Below are positions 36,270 through 46,179 of a stretch of DNA of 49,747 nucleotides, piece by piece. Source of the DNA: Flavobacteriales bacterium (GTDB lineage Bacteria; Bacteroidota; Bacteroidia; NS11-12g; UBA955). The DNA lies in NCBI GenBank assembly GCA_040376005.1, contig JBEIRK010000003.1, positions 1 through 49,747 of the forward strand, written 5' to 3'. Below the pieces are notes generated by a model. That model did not search any database. It saw only the letters and a list, made by a program, of their open reading frames with translations, and was not told the origin of the DNA. A program made the translations under genes and the position numbers. Position 1 is the stretch's first letter, and every line of letters begins with the position of its first letter.

Positions 36270-36906
36270 TATTGTAAAAAAGCTCCTTATTCCGGCACTT
36301 CTCGCCATTGTCATCGCATGGTGCTATTACACTGCTGTACTTTTTGAAATCAATACAGGCGCCTATGGTATTCACCCGCGCGATCCTGCCTACCTTGCAG
36401 GTATACTCACGGTCCCATTGGTACATGCCAATCTCCAACACCTTACACATAACTTACTCTCTCTGACTGCGCTAGCCGCCTTGTTGTACATTGTTTATAG
36501 TCCTTTGGCATCTCGTGTATTGGCACTGTGCTGGTTGCTTACCGGGTTGTTCATGTTTGGATTCGCCCGAGGAGAATTCTTACACGTGGGTGCCAGTGGT
36601 GTTGTGTATGCCTTGATTGGGTTTCTTGTTGCCGCAGGGCTCATTTCCCAGCGCCGTGGACCCATGGTGATTATGCTCGTAGTGATTTTGTTCTATGGCA
36701 GCGCCGTGTGGGGTTTGTTCCCGCTTCAGGCAGAAGTCTCTTGGGATGGCCACTTAAGCGGAGTCGTAGCCGGTGGATTGATTGCCTGGGTGTACAGAAA
36801 ACGCATTCAACAGCTATTCCCGCATCCTAAGCATCCCAGCTGGTTTGAAGAGCCTGACGACGAAGAGGAAGACGAATACAAGCGGTTCGAGCAAGGGAAA
36901 GATTAG
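36253..36906 (+). CDS. rhomboid family intramembrane serine protease
   Basis: HANLQHLTHN, HVGASG, SWDGHLSG. Confidence 0.92.
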   Translation: MNLWRDIVKKLLIPALLAIVIAWCYYTAVLFEINTGAYGIHPRDPAYLAGILTVPLVHANLQHLTHNLLSLTALAALLYIVYSPLASRVLALCWLLTGLFMFGFARGEFLHVGASGVVYALIGFLVAAGLISQRRGPMVIMLVVILFYGSAVWGLFPLQAEVSWDGHLSGVVAGGLIAWVYRKRIQQLFPHPKHPSWFEEPDDEEEDEYKRFEQGKD

Positions 36907-38165
36907 GCAATCACGGGCGATTGAGTTTCGCTGCGTTTATAGCGAAACAAAACAAGAAACAACACTGCAATTGCTGCGGCATAGCCTGCAAATGAAAACC
37001 AGATAGAAGTCCAGTCTTTACTGCCACTGGCATTGGTAAACGCATCTACGATTTCTCCCGCAAACCAACCTCCAAGAATGGCTCCCAGACCATTGGTCAT
37101 GAGCATGAAAAGGCCTTGTGCGCTGGCGCGCATGCCAGGTTTGGCTTCTTTGTCAACAAACAAGGATCCTGAAATATTAAAGAAGTCAAACGCCATACCA
37201 TATACAACCATAGACAGGAGTAGGAATACCAAGCCTGTACCTGGGTTTCCAATTCCAAACAAGCCAAATCGGAGCACCCAAGCAATCATACTAAACAGCA
37301 TAACTTGTTTGATGCCAAATTTTCTTAAGAAGAAGGGGATTGCCAGTATAAACAAGGTTTCAGAAATCTGAGATAAGGATATCAAAATATTGCTGTGCTT
37401 TACGGCAAAGCTATTTACATACATAGGGTTGCTCCCAAAATCACCTAAAAAGGGATTCCCAAACATATTGGTAATCTGCAAAGCACCACCGAGAAACATG
37501 GCAAATAGGAAGAATTTAGCCATCATGGGGTTTTTGAATAGCTGGAAGGCATCAAGCCCTAAGCGTGTAGCTAGTGATTTGCGGCCAGACGTCCTACTCA
37601 CTGCAACAGGAGGAAGTGTAAAGCAATAGAGTGCAACACAGGCCTCCGCAAGGGCTGCAAAATAGAATTGATTATTGTTTTGGGTCCAACCGGCTAGATC
37701 AACGGCCCATTCGGCTACAATAAATCCTACGGTACCCCAAACCCTTATAGGGGCGAAGGATTTTTGAACATCTAGGCTCTCTCTCGATAGCAACGCATAC
37801 GAAACGGAGTTGGATAAGCCAATGGTAGGCATGTAGAAGCAGCTGACCGCGAAAATGGCCCAATACATTTCAGAAGCGGTATGAACGGTGCTCGCATAAT
37901 ACAGCGCAAATCCCGCGAATAAATGGCTCAAGCCGAGCACGATTTCCGCCCTGAGGTATTTATCGGCTAAGATACCCAAGAAGGCGGGCATAAAAAGCGA
38001 GGCCCAACCCATGGTGCCATATGTGTTGCCCACCTTGGAACCTAGATCAGGGTCTATCGGTGAATTAAAGTTGGCGAACATGTATCCACCCAATGAAATC
38101 AACCATATTCCCCATACAAAGAATTGCATGAAGCTGAGAATGGTGAGCTTATGACTTAATCGCAT
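36903..38165 (-). CDS. MFS nucleoside permease (NupG-like)
   Basis: FMQFFVWGIW, YMPTIGLSNS, IRVWGTVGF, SQISE, RASAQGLF. Confidence 0.92.
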   Translation of the reverse strand: MRLSHKLTILSFMQFFVWGIWLISLGGYMFANFNSPIDPDLGSKVGNTYGTMGWASLFMPAFLGILADKYLRAEIVLGLSHLFAGFALYYASTVHTASEMYWAIFAVSCFYMPTIGLSNSVSYALLSRESLDVQKSFAPIRVWGTVGFIVAEWAVDLAGWTQNNNQFYFAALAEACVALYCFTLPPVAVSRTSGRKSLATRLGLDAFQLFKNPMMAKFFLFAMFLGGALQITNMFGNPFLGDFGSNPMYVNSFAVKHSNILISLSQISETLFILAIPFFLRKFGIKQVMLFSMIAWVLRFGLFGIGNPGTGLVFLLLSMVVYGMAFDFFNISGSLFVDKEAKPGMRASAQGLFMLMTNGLGAILGGWFAGEIVDAFTNASGSKDWTSIWFSFAGYAAAIAVLFLVLFRYKRSETQSPVIA

Positions 38166-38210
38166 GGTAGTAAAAGGGCGAATCTATCGAATAGTTTCGA
38201 TTTTGAACCA

Positions 38211-38789
38211 TCAATCTTTTGATTGATGCTGTTCTATCGCGTCGATAAGACTGTGAATGACTTTAATATGGATTTCTTGCGCCCTGTCGGCGTATTCAGA
38301 AAAGGGAGCTCTAATTTCAATATCTGCGATATTCGCCAGTGCCCCGCCATCTTTGCCGGTGAGTGCAATGACTTTCATGCCTTTGGCCTTCGCAGTTTCA
38401 GCGGCATTTACCACATTTTTAGAATTGCCGGTAGTAGAGATTGCTAATAAGCAGTCTTGGGCTTGTCCTAAGCCTTCGATGAAACGGCTAAATACTTGTT
38501 CATATCCGAAATCATTGGCAACACAACTAATATGGCTTACATCGCTAATGCACAAGGCTGCAATGGCGGGTCTATTGTTTCTGTATCTTCCCGTTAGCTC
38601 TTCTGCGAAATGCATGGCATCGCAGTGGCTGCCACCGTTACCGCAGCTGATAATTTTGCCTTGGTGTTTCACACTGTGCGCCATAATTTCTGCTGCGGCC
38701 TCTATGCGTGCAATATTTATAGGGTCTGATATGAATTGTTGCAGTACTGATGCTGCTTCTGTAAAATGCGATAATATGCGCGACTGCAT
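38211..38789 (-). CDS. gmhA: D-sedoheptulose 7-phosphate isomerase
   Basis: [38 protein letters not shown]. Confidence 0.95.
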   Translation of the reverse strand: MQSRILSHFTEAASVLQQFISDPINIARIEAAAEIMAHSVKHQGKIISCGNGGSHCDAMHFAEELTGRYRNNRPAIAALCISDVSHISCVANDFGYEQVFSRFIEGLGQAQDCLLAISTTGNSKNVVNAAETAKAKGMKVIALTGKDGGALANIADIEIRAPFSEYADRAQEIHIKVIHSLIDAIEQHQSKD

Positions 38790-38792
38790 GGC

Positions 38793-40925
38793 TTAGGGTT
38801 TGATATTGTTGAATTCTGTAAGTCCGTTGTTCAAAAAGTCTGCGAATAATTTTGGGTCGTATTCAAAAGTTTCAGCACTGCCCGGATTTTGCAACAAGGT
38901 TTGATTTGCATGCATCAACACATACATAGGTTGACTGTTGGAATTGAAGTAACAGGCCTGTATTTCTGCGTTCTTGTCGCCCAATAGAGTCACTTTCTTT
39001 CCTGTGCTCTTGGCGGTAAAAATCTCGTTCTCTGGGAGTTTTACTTTCTTATCATCCACATACAGCGACACCACCACATACTTTTCTTTCAAGATTTTTA
39101 GCACTGTAGCATCACTCCACACTTTCTCTTCCATGCGACGGCAGTTTACACAGCCATGACCTGTGAAATCTATGAAAAGGGGCTTGTTTTGTTCGGCAGC
39201 GCAAGCCAATGCTTGCTCGTAGTCAAAATATCCTTGAATGCCATGGGGCAGGTGAAATACATCTGCGTATTTGGCTTCTGTACAAGTGAGTACTTCATTT
39301 CCAGCGGCCTCTTGAGAGATTTTGCGAATATCAAAGTCTTGGGTGCCCATGGGAGGCAAATACCCAGCAAGTGCCTTTAAGGGCGCGCCCCAAAGACCTG
39401 GAATCATGTATACGACGAAAGATAACACTCCAATGGAAAGGAATAAGCGCGGAACGGATAAATAGGGCACATCACTATCGTGAGAGAATTTCAACTTCCC
39501 GAGCAAGTAAATGCCCAAAAGGGTGAAGATCACAATCCACAAGGCCAAATACACTTCACGATCGAGTATATGCCAATGGTAGGTTTGGTCTGCAGTGCTT
39601 AAGAACTTTAAGGCAAATGCCAATTCTACGAAGCCCAATACCACTTTTACAGAGTTCAACCATCCACCGCTTTTAGGCAAGCTGCTAAGATAACTTGGGA
39701 ATATAACAAGCAATCCGAAGGGCAATGCGAATGCCAAAGAGAAGCCCAACATGGAGATAACGGGTGTGATAATGCCGCCTTTGGCAGATTCGATGAGCAC
39801 GGTACCTACTATAGGACCGGTGCAGCTGAATGACACCAAAGCGATGGTGAAAGCCATAAAAATAGGTCCCGTGATACCGCCCTTATCGGCACGGCGATCC
39901 ATTGCGTTTACCCAACTTGCCGGCAATACAATTTCAAATGCACCGAAGAAGCTGGCTGCGAAAATCACAAATATACCAAAGAAGAAGACGTTGGGAATCC
40001 AGTGGGTGCTCAGCCAGTTGGCAGCATTGGCGCCAAAGGTAAAGGCCACTACAGTGCCAAGTACCACATAGATTAATATGATAGATACGGCAAATATTAA
40101 CCCATCGCGAATGGCTTTTTTTCTATCCTTATTCTTGATAAAAAAACTCACCGTCATGGGTATCATGGGGAATACACATGGGGTGAGCAAGGCTACCAAT
40201 CCAGAAGTAAGTGCAAGCCAAAATACCAGCCACAATCCTTTTTCCTCTTTATCATTGGTGAAGCCTAGGGTGCCTTTATAGGTAAGATTGGCACATTTAC
40301 CTACCTCATCTGCGGATTTTGCTTTGTAGGATATATTCCCTGTTGCCACTGCTGTACTTTGGGTTTGCGCAGCAGCAGTATCGGTTGCGATTGTATCTGT
40401 GGGTTGCACGCCGGATTCAACTGGCGTTGCGCCAGAAGCAGTGCTAACCGTGATGGATTGCTTAAGAGGAATGTTTATAGAAATGGGAACACAGCCAGTC
40501 TCATTGCACTGTTGTCCGTAAAATGCGCATACCAAGTCCTTGATATCGCCTTTGACTTTGATCTTTTGTTTGAAAATGGCATTGCCTTTAAAAACCCCAA
40601 TTTGACATTTAATACCGTCCAACTCTGCGGTTTCATCTACCTGCATTTTATCACCTTGACCGACTGCTTTGCCTAGAAGTTCGAAGTTGTTCCCTGTAAA
40701 GGTCAGTTCAGCTTCTAAGGAACCTTCATCCGCGCCGCAGGTGGTTTTCTCGCTGTAAATATGGCGGTCTCCATTGGGTGTAATGCTAATGATGAGTTCA
40801 ATAATGTCGCCAACCGCAACCTGAGTTTTGGCGGGAACCATTGAAAATATAGTGGGTTTCACCATCTGACTTTGTGCGGCAGAGAGGGCAAAAGCAGCCA
40901 AGAGGAAGAGCAGGATTTTTTTCAT
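38793..40925 (-). CDS. dsbD: protein-disulfide reductase DsbD family (alpha, TM beta, thioredoxin gamma)
   Basis: LLTPCVFPMIP, FSCTGP, LPKSGGW, DFTGHGCVNCRRME; ATG 40925 preferred. Confidence 0.92.
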   Translation of the reverse strand: MKKILLFLLAAFALSAAQSQMVKPTIFSMVPAKTQVAVGDIIELIISITPNGDRHIYSEKTTCGADEGSLEAELTFTGNNFELLGKAVGQGDKMQVDETAELDGIKCQIGVFKGNAIFKQKIKVKGDIKDLVCAFYGQQCNETGCVPISINIPLKQSITVSTASGATPVESGVQPTDTIATDTAAAQTQSTAVATGNISYKAKSADEVGKCANLTYKGTLGFTNDKEEKGLWLVFWLALTSGLVALLTPCVFPMIPMTVSFFIKNKDRKKAIRDGLIFAVSIILIYVVLGTVVAFTFGANAANWLSTHWIPNVFFFGIFVIFAASFFGAFEIVLPASWVNAMDRRADKGGITGPIFMAFTIALVSFSCTGPIVGTVLIESAKGGIITPVISMLGFSLAFALPFGLLVIFPSYLSSLPKSGGWLNSVKVVLGFVELAFALKFLSTADQTYHWHILDREVYLALWIVIFTLLGIYLLGKLKFSHDSDVPYLSVPRLFLSIGVLSFVVYMIPGLWGAPLKALAGYLPPMGTQDFDIRKISQEAAGNEVLTCTEAKYADVFHLPHGIQGYFDYEQALACAAEQNKPLFIDFTGHGCVNCRRMEEKVWSDATVLKILKEKYVVVSLYVDDKKVKLPENEIFTAKSTGKKVTLLGDKNAEIQACYFNSNSQPMYVLMHANQTLLQNPGSAETFEYDPKLFADFLNNGLTEFNNIKP

Positions 40926-41008
40926 GCGAAAGTGCAAAAATCGGATAAAAATATGAATTGACGTGTATATATAGTGCAGTGGAGTTTAAAATTACAAAGT
41001 CCTGAAAT

Positions 41009-41581
41009 TCAAGGTGATGGAGGAAGTGTAATTTGGATTTCTTCCTGAATAAGCACACACATGCCGTCTTGGGTGGAGCAACGCTGACCGTAAAAGGTCG
41101 CCGTAATGGTTCCACCGGCTTGCTGTACAATTATTTTTTGGCGAAATTCAACTGTTTTGGTAAACTCACCCGTAGCGCATTTCCAAATCTCATCATCACG
41201 CACCAGCGCGTCACCCACACCGTAGGTAGCGCCTATGGCTGCAGCTGCTGTGTTAAAATTGTAGTTCCATTCTGCGCGCAGGGGTCCATCATCTGCAGGG
41301 CAGTCACTTTTTTCACTGTATACATACCATCCATTGGGCACTTTGGCGGTCAGAATAACTTCGAGGGTATCACCTACATGCACGGAGTCTTGGCTGAATA
41401 TCGCTGTGAAACCCAATTTCCCAGATTTGGGTTGCGCTTGGCTGTCGTGCTGGAAAAAGAAAAATAGGGCAACGAAAAGTGCCCCTTTCGCGTTTAATCT
41501 TTGGGGTAAGCCACATAATGTTAAAAAATAGCTAGGGCGATGCCTACTATTGGAAATTAGGTTTGTGTATGCGTATGACAT
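41009..41581 (-). CDS. stand-alone DsbD N-terminal (alpha) domain protein; start uncertain
   Basis: GWYVYS...GP...FRQKI...GQRCSTQDGMC; paralogous to the N-terminus of adjacent DsbD. Confidence 0.75.
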   Translation of the reverse strand: MSYAYTNLISNSRHRPSYFLTLCGLPQRLNAKGALFVALFFFFQHDSQAQPKSGKLGFTAIFSQDSVHVGDTLEVILTAKVPNGWYVYSEKSDCPADDGPLRAEWNYNFNTAAAAIGATYGVGDALVRDDEIWKCATGEFTKTVEFRQKIIVQQAGGTITATFYGQRCSTQDGMCVLIQEEIQITLPPSP

Positions 41582-43071
41582 TTCAGCGTGTTTGTAAGAC
41601 GATTTTATCATGGGTAATGGTTGCCTCAGCCTTCAATACAGTGCAGGCTCAGGTAATGACCACACAAGATTATATCAATACATACAAATATGCTGCCATG
41701 CAGGAAATGAAAGTCTATAATATTCCTGCAAGCATAACTTTAGGGCAAGGAATTTTGGAAAGTGCTAGTGGAAACAGCAAGTTGGCAACAGAATGCAACA
41801 ACCATTTTGGCATTAAATGTAGAAAAGAGTGGACAGGCCCACATTGTTTGGCAGATGATGATGCACCCAATGAGTGTTTTAGGGGCTATGGTTCGGCTAT
41901 GGAAAGCTATAGGGACCACAGTATGTTTCTGAAAAATGGAACCCGCTACAATTCATTATTCTCCTTGAGTGCCACGGATTACCAAGGTTGGGCAAATGGA
42001 CTGAAGAATGCGGGATACGCTACGAATCCGGTGTATGCAAAAACCCTGATTGGCGTAATTGAAAAGTACAGACTTACCATGTATGACAGCATGGTTATAC
42101 TTGGAGAGGACTATTTTTCTCCTGATACCGCAGCACAGAACAATATTTCCAAAAATGGATTGCCGGCGGTACTTGCCCGCGCGGGACAAACACCCGAACA
42201 AATTGCGAAGGAGCAGGAATTGGGTGCTTGGCAAATCTATAAATACAACGATTTGAAGCGCGGCGAGTCATTGGATCCAGGTGAAATTGTGTACCTAAAG
42301 CCGAAAAAACGCAAAGGAACGGTAGCTGTTGTTACGGTTCAAGAAGGACAAAGTATGCGAGGAATTTCGCAGGATTACGGCATTAAACTGAAGCATTTGT
42401 ATAAAAAGAACAACTTAAAGCCTGGCCAGCAAGTGAAGGCAGGTGAGGTTCTGACCTTGCAGTCAAAGAATCCAGATGTTCCTGAGACAACGAACGCGGT
42501 GCGCACTTCAACAACAGCAGCTGATAATGAAGCTCCTGAAAATACCCCTGTTCCTGATGCGGGTTTCCATGAAGTAAAGGCAGGTGAAACCTTCTATTCC
42601 ATTGCCAGTAAATATGGCATTCGCGTGTCAGAGCTAATGCAATGGAATAACCTCGGCAGTTCAGGGTTGAAAGTAGGGCAAATACTGGTGCTGAAGCAAG
42701 GGATAAAAGCCAATGGTGCCGACAGCACCAAAGGCAGCACCCAAGCGGCTATTTCGCGTTCCGTAAAATACCATACAGTAATGTCAGGAGAGACCTTGTA
42801 TTCTATCTCTAGGCTCTACAATGTATCTGTAGATTCAATTATGATTTGGAATAAAATGGCCAGTCCTGCCTTACGACCTGGACAGGAAATTGTGGTCTCC
42901 GCCCCCGATAGTAAATCTGCGGGCAATACAAGCAAGACCTACACGGTACAGTCCGGCGATACCTTGTATTCTATATCTAGAAAGTTTGGAATTAGTGTAG
43001 CGGATATCCGCAAAATGAATCAGCTAACGAACGATAGTTTGGCGGTGGGCCAAATATTGGTTCTGCAATAA
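41569..43071 (+). CDS. GH73 glucosaminidase with multiple LysM domains (start 41569 or 41575)
   Basis: IPASITLGQGILES, NNHFGIKC, GYATNP.Y; LysM repeats HEVKAGET, HTVMSGET, YTVQSGDT; -7 TAGGTTTG 41558-41565. Confidence 0.93.
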   Translation: MRMTFQRVCKTILSWVMVASAFNTVQAQVMTTQDYINTYKYAAMQEMKVYNIPASITLGQGILESASGNSKLATECNNHFGIKCRKEWTGPHCLADDDAPNECFRGYGSAMESYRDHSMFLKNGTRYNSLFSLSATDYQGWANGLKNAGYATNPVYAKTLIGVIEKYRLTMYDSMVILGEDYFSPDTAAQNNISKNGLPAVLARAGQTPEQIAKEQELGAWQIYKYNDLKRGESLDPGEIVYLKPKKRKGTVAVVTVQEGQSMRGISQDYGIKLKHLYKKNNLKPGQQVKAGEVLTLQSKNPDVPETTNAVRTSTTAADNEAPENTPVPDAGFHEVKAGETFYSIASKYGIRVSELMQWNNLGSSGLKVGQILVLKQGIKANGADSTKGSTQAAISRSVKYHTVMSGETLYSISRLYNVSVDSIMIWNKMASPALRPGQEIVVSAPDSKSAGNTSKTYTVQSGDTLYSISRKFGISVADIRKMNQLTNDSLAVGQILVLQ

Positions 43072-43079
43072 ATAATAAA

Positions 43080-44348
43080 TCAGGCATTTTCGAGGACAAA
43101 GTGCACGGTGTTACCTATGCTTTGTTGCATTTTGATTTTCTTGCCCGATGTGATTTCGTCGGTGCGGGTTTGAACGCCATTATAAACGGTAAGCAGCTCA
43201 AGTTCTGTTTGCACATTGCAATGCAAGCCTAGGCTTTCAAAAGCTTGTTTTACTTTACTTAAGCGGCTTTCATCTGCGTCCGTTACAAAGCTGAAGCTGA
43301 TGGCGGAATTTTGCATGATGCCGCAACGCAATTTGTTTTCAGCGAGCAAACTAAAGATACCTTTTAAGGTGTCTTCCACAATGAAATTAAAATCCGGGCT
43401 GCTGATATCTACCAATGCTTGGTGTGTTTTGTGAATATAACATGGCATCTCCAGTGATTTTGCAGTGTTTGAAACTGTGGTACCCACAGCTGAAGTATTT
43501 ATAAAAGACCTTACGTATAATGGAATATTCCTTGCCTTTAGCGGCTGTATGGTTTTAGGGTGAATTACAGATGCACCATAATAGGCCAACTCGATGGAGT
43601 CGTTATAGGTGAGTTCTGGTATTAGCGTTGCAAAGAGGAATTTTCTAGGGTCGGCGTTCATCACCCCTTCCACGTCTTTCCAAATGGTAACAGATTCTGC
43701 TTTTAGGCAATGTGCAAAAATAGCCGCGCTGTAATCGGAACCTTCGCGGCCCAATGTGGTGGTAGCGTTAATGCTGTCGCGACCTATAAATCCTTGGGTA
43801 ATCACCAGGTTCTTCTCTGCTAAGGTTCTTAACCGGCTTGAAATAAGGTGTTCCGTTTTATCCCATGCAATCTTCCCGTCGCGGTACCTGCTATCTGTAA
43901 TGATGAAGTTTCGGGCATCAATCCATTGGTTGCGGGTTTGTTGAGAGATAAGATAGCTGCTTACGATACGGGTGCTCAGGAGTTCGCCAAAGCCTACTAT
44001 TTGATCATATACAAAATCATAGTCTTCCAGATTGTTTGGATTTTCTACCATGCATTCAAGCTCTAGGAGGAGGTTGTCTACGTCGTTGTAGAGTTGAATG
44101 TAGTTTGTGTCGCCAAGTTCTTGCAGAATTTGGTAATGAAATTCGCGGATTTCTGCGATAATAGCATGGGCTTGTCCTGTATTATAGAAATAAGCATGAA
44201 CCAAATCTTCCATCTTATTGGTCATTTTGCCCATGGCACTAATAACAACCAATACATTTTCATTGGCAAAACGCGCCAAGATTTCAGCCACATTTCTAAC
44301 CCCAGCGGCATCTTTTACAGAGGCTCCGCCAAATTTAAATACTTTCAT
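43080..44348 (-). CDS. lysC: aspartate kinase
   Basis: MKVFKFGGASV, VISAMGK, TTLGREGSDYSAA, IWKDVEGV; -7 TACCTTTG 44367-44374. Confidence 0.95.
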   Translation of the reverse strand: MKVFKFGGASVKDAAGVRNVAEILARFANENVLVVISAMGKMTNKMEDLVHAYFYNTGQAHAIIAEIREFHYQILQELGDTNYIQLYNDVDNLLLELECMVENPNNLEDYDFVYDQIVGFGELLSTRIVSSYLISQQTRNQWIDARNFIITDSRYRDGKIAWDKTEHLISSRLRTLAEKNLVITQGFIGRDSINATTTLGREGSDYSAAIFAHCLKAESVTIWKDVEGVMNADPRKFLFATLIPELTYNDSIELAYYGASVIHPKTIQPLKARNIPLYVRSFINTSAVGTTVSNTAKSLEMPCYIHKTHQALVDISSPDFNFIVEDTLKGIFSLLAENKLRCGIMQNSAISFSFVTDADESRLSKVKQAFESLGLHCNVQTELELLTVYNGVQTRTDEITSGKKIKMQQSIGNTVHFVLENA

Positions 44349-44447
44349 AAGCCCGGTGTGAAAGTGCAAAGGTAGGAGGTCTTATCCAATTCTTGGGGTA
44401 AAATTGGTTACTAACCCTTAAATTTGCAGCCTTTTTAAGAGAAAAAC

Positions 44448-45443
44448 ATGTCATTGACCACCCTGGAACAATTCATTGCAGACCAACAGGCAAGCCATGC
44501 AGGAGCCACTGGTGCATTCAGCAAAATCTTCAGAGCCATGGAACTGGGCTCCAAAATGGTGAATCGCAGTGTTCGCAAAGCGGGATTGGCAGACATCCTC
44601 GGGGACTATGGCAGTACCAACATACATGGTGAGGATCAAAAGAAGCTGGACGTAATTGCAGATGAGACTTTTCTTTCGGTATTGAGTCGCTGCGGTGAGG
44701 TTTGCGCTGTGGTTAGTGAAGAGCAAGACCATGCATATTTCATTGAAGGCGGCGAGCATAATGAGTATATCATAACAATTGACCCATTAGATGGCAGCTC
44801 GAATATTGATGTAAATGCCTCTATCGGTACTATATTTTCCATTTACAAAAGACAAAACACCGCTGTTGCGCCCACAACTACCGACTGTTTGCAAAAAGGA
44901 GTGAATCAAGTTGCTGCGGGATATTTCATTTACGGAAGTAGTACCATGCTTGTGTATACTACTGGAAATGGTGTGAATGGGTTTACCCTTGATGACAGTT
45001 TGCAAGAATATTGTTTGTCGCATCCTGATATCAAAATTCCCGAGCAAGGTAAAATTTTTTCCATCAATGAAGGAAACGCTGCTGATTTTCCAGCGGGTGT
45101 AACCAATTACATCAATTGGTGTAAACAGTCGGATAAAGAGACCAACAGGCCTTATGGCGCGCGATATATTGGTAGCTTAATTGCGGATTTTCACCGCAAT
45201 TTGCTCAAAGGTGGGATTTTTATTTATCCAGGTACCCATAAAGTACCACATGGCAAGCTTAGATTGGTGTATGAGTGCAATACCATGGCTTACATTGCGG
45301 AGCAGGCGGGTGGAATGGCTTCTACAGGCACCCAAAGGGTAATGGATGTTGAACCTACAGAATTGCATCAACGAGTGCCTCTGTTTATTGGTTCTAAGAA
45401 AATGGTTGAGCAGGCCGTTGGCTTGGTGCAATCTTCGAATTAA
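44448..45443 (+). CDS. fbp: fructose-1,6-bisphosphatase class 1
   Basis: GEDQKKLDV, DPLDGSSNID, RYIGS, GKLRLVYE; -7 TAAATTTG 44419-44426. Confidence 0.97.
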   Translation: MSLTTLEQFIADQQASHAGATGAFSKIFRAMELGSKMVNRSVRKAGLADILGDYGSTNIHGEDQKKLDVIADETFLSVLSRCGEVCAVVSEEQDHAYFIEGGEHNEYIITIDPLDGSSNIDVNASIGTIFSIYKRQNTAVAPTTTDCLQKGVNQVAAGYFIYGSSTMLVYTTGNGVNGFTLDDSLQEYCLSHPDIKIPEQGKIFSINEGNAADFPAGVTNYINWCKQSDKETNRPYGARYIGSLIADFHRNLLKGGIFIYPGTHKVPHGKLRLVYECNTMAYIAEQAGGMASTGTQRVMDVEPTELHQRVPLFIGSKKMVEQAVGLVQSSN

Positions 45444-45457
45444 TTCGTCAACAAAAA

Positions 45458-46165
45458 TCACTCAAGCAACTCCAATAGGATGGGGTAACTGCGCAATTCT
45501 TTCTCTGGGAATAGGTGGTAGCGCAGGTAGTGCAATAACTTTTCCGTTAATAGTCTTCTTTCTTGTTTGTCTATAACAGGTATTTCTGCTGTGCTTATGG
45601 ATTTGCAGGCATCAATTTCAATTTTTTCCAAATAGGTGAGTGCTTGTTGTGGCTTTAGATGGCTATGGCTGCCTCCAGCTTCCATTACCCAATATCCTGA
45701 TTCATGTTGTTCAGGCCACTGGGGTGCTAGACCTGTAATTTCTATAAACTTCAGCAGAAAGGTGAGTGGAAACCATGTGAATTGCTGGGTGTTAGACAGT
45801 TCTTGGAGGTGTTCCAAGGCAAATTCAAAACTTCCTGGATCCTCCTGCTCTTCGGGCAACGATTTTTGTAAGATTTCTAAGCAAAAGAGCATGGTTTGCA
45901 ATTGCACAGGACCATAATTATACCCTTGAAAACCTCCCATGGGCCGCATTTCTTTAATGCGTTTGAGGTTTTTATTGACTTGATAATAGTATACGATTTC
46001 AAGCAAGTTGCCGGGCTGCAGTAGTGCTGCTTTGCCGCCTTTGCCATGAAATCCGGGGACTAGAAAAGAGAGAATACCGTGTTGGCGAGTAAAAATGCTC
46101 AGAACGGCTGAGTTCTCCGAATAGGGAGTTTTACGTAAAATGATGGCCTCGCTTTTGGTGAGCAT
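45458..46165 (-). CDS. recO: DNA repair protein RecO
   Basis: AIILRKTPYSE...FTRQHG...LLQP N-terminal OB fold; LRSY..L C-terminus. Confidence 0.85.
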   Translation of the reverse strand: MLTKSEAIILRKTPYSENSAVLSIFTRQHGILSFLVPGFHGKGGKAALLQPGNLLEIVYYYQVNKNLKRIKEMRPMGGFQGYNYGPVQLQTMLFCLEILQKSLPEEQEDPGSFEFALEHLQELSNTQQFTWFPLTFLLKFIEITGLAPQWPEQHESGYWVMEAGGSHSHLKPQQALTYLEKIEIDACKSISTAEIPVIDKQERRLLTEKLLHYLRYHLFPEKELRSYPILLELLE

Positions 46166-46179
46166 TTGGAGGCACTAAG

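Noticed and set aside
36903-36906. 4-bp convergent overlap of rhomboid and permease stops
   Set aside because: Common in compact genomes
42550-43071. Repeated ACCTTGTATTCTATxTCTAG sequence
   Set aside because: Explained by paralogous LysM domains
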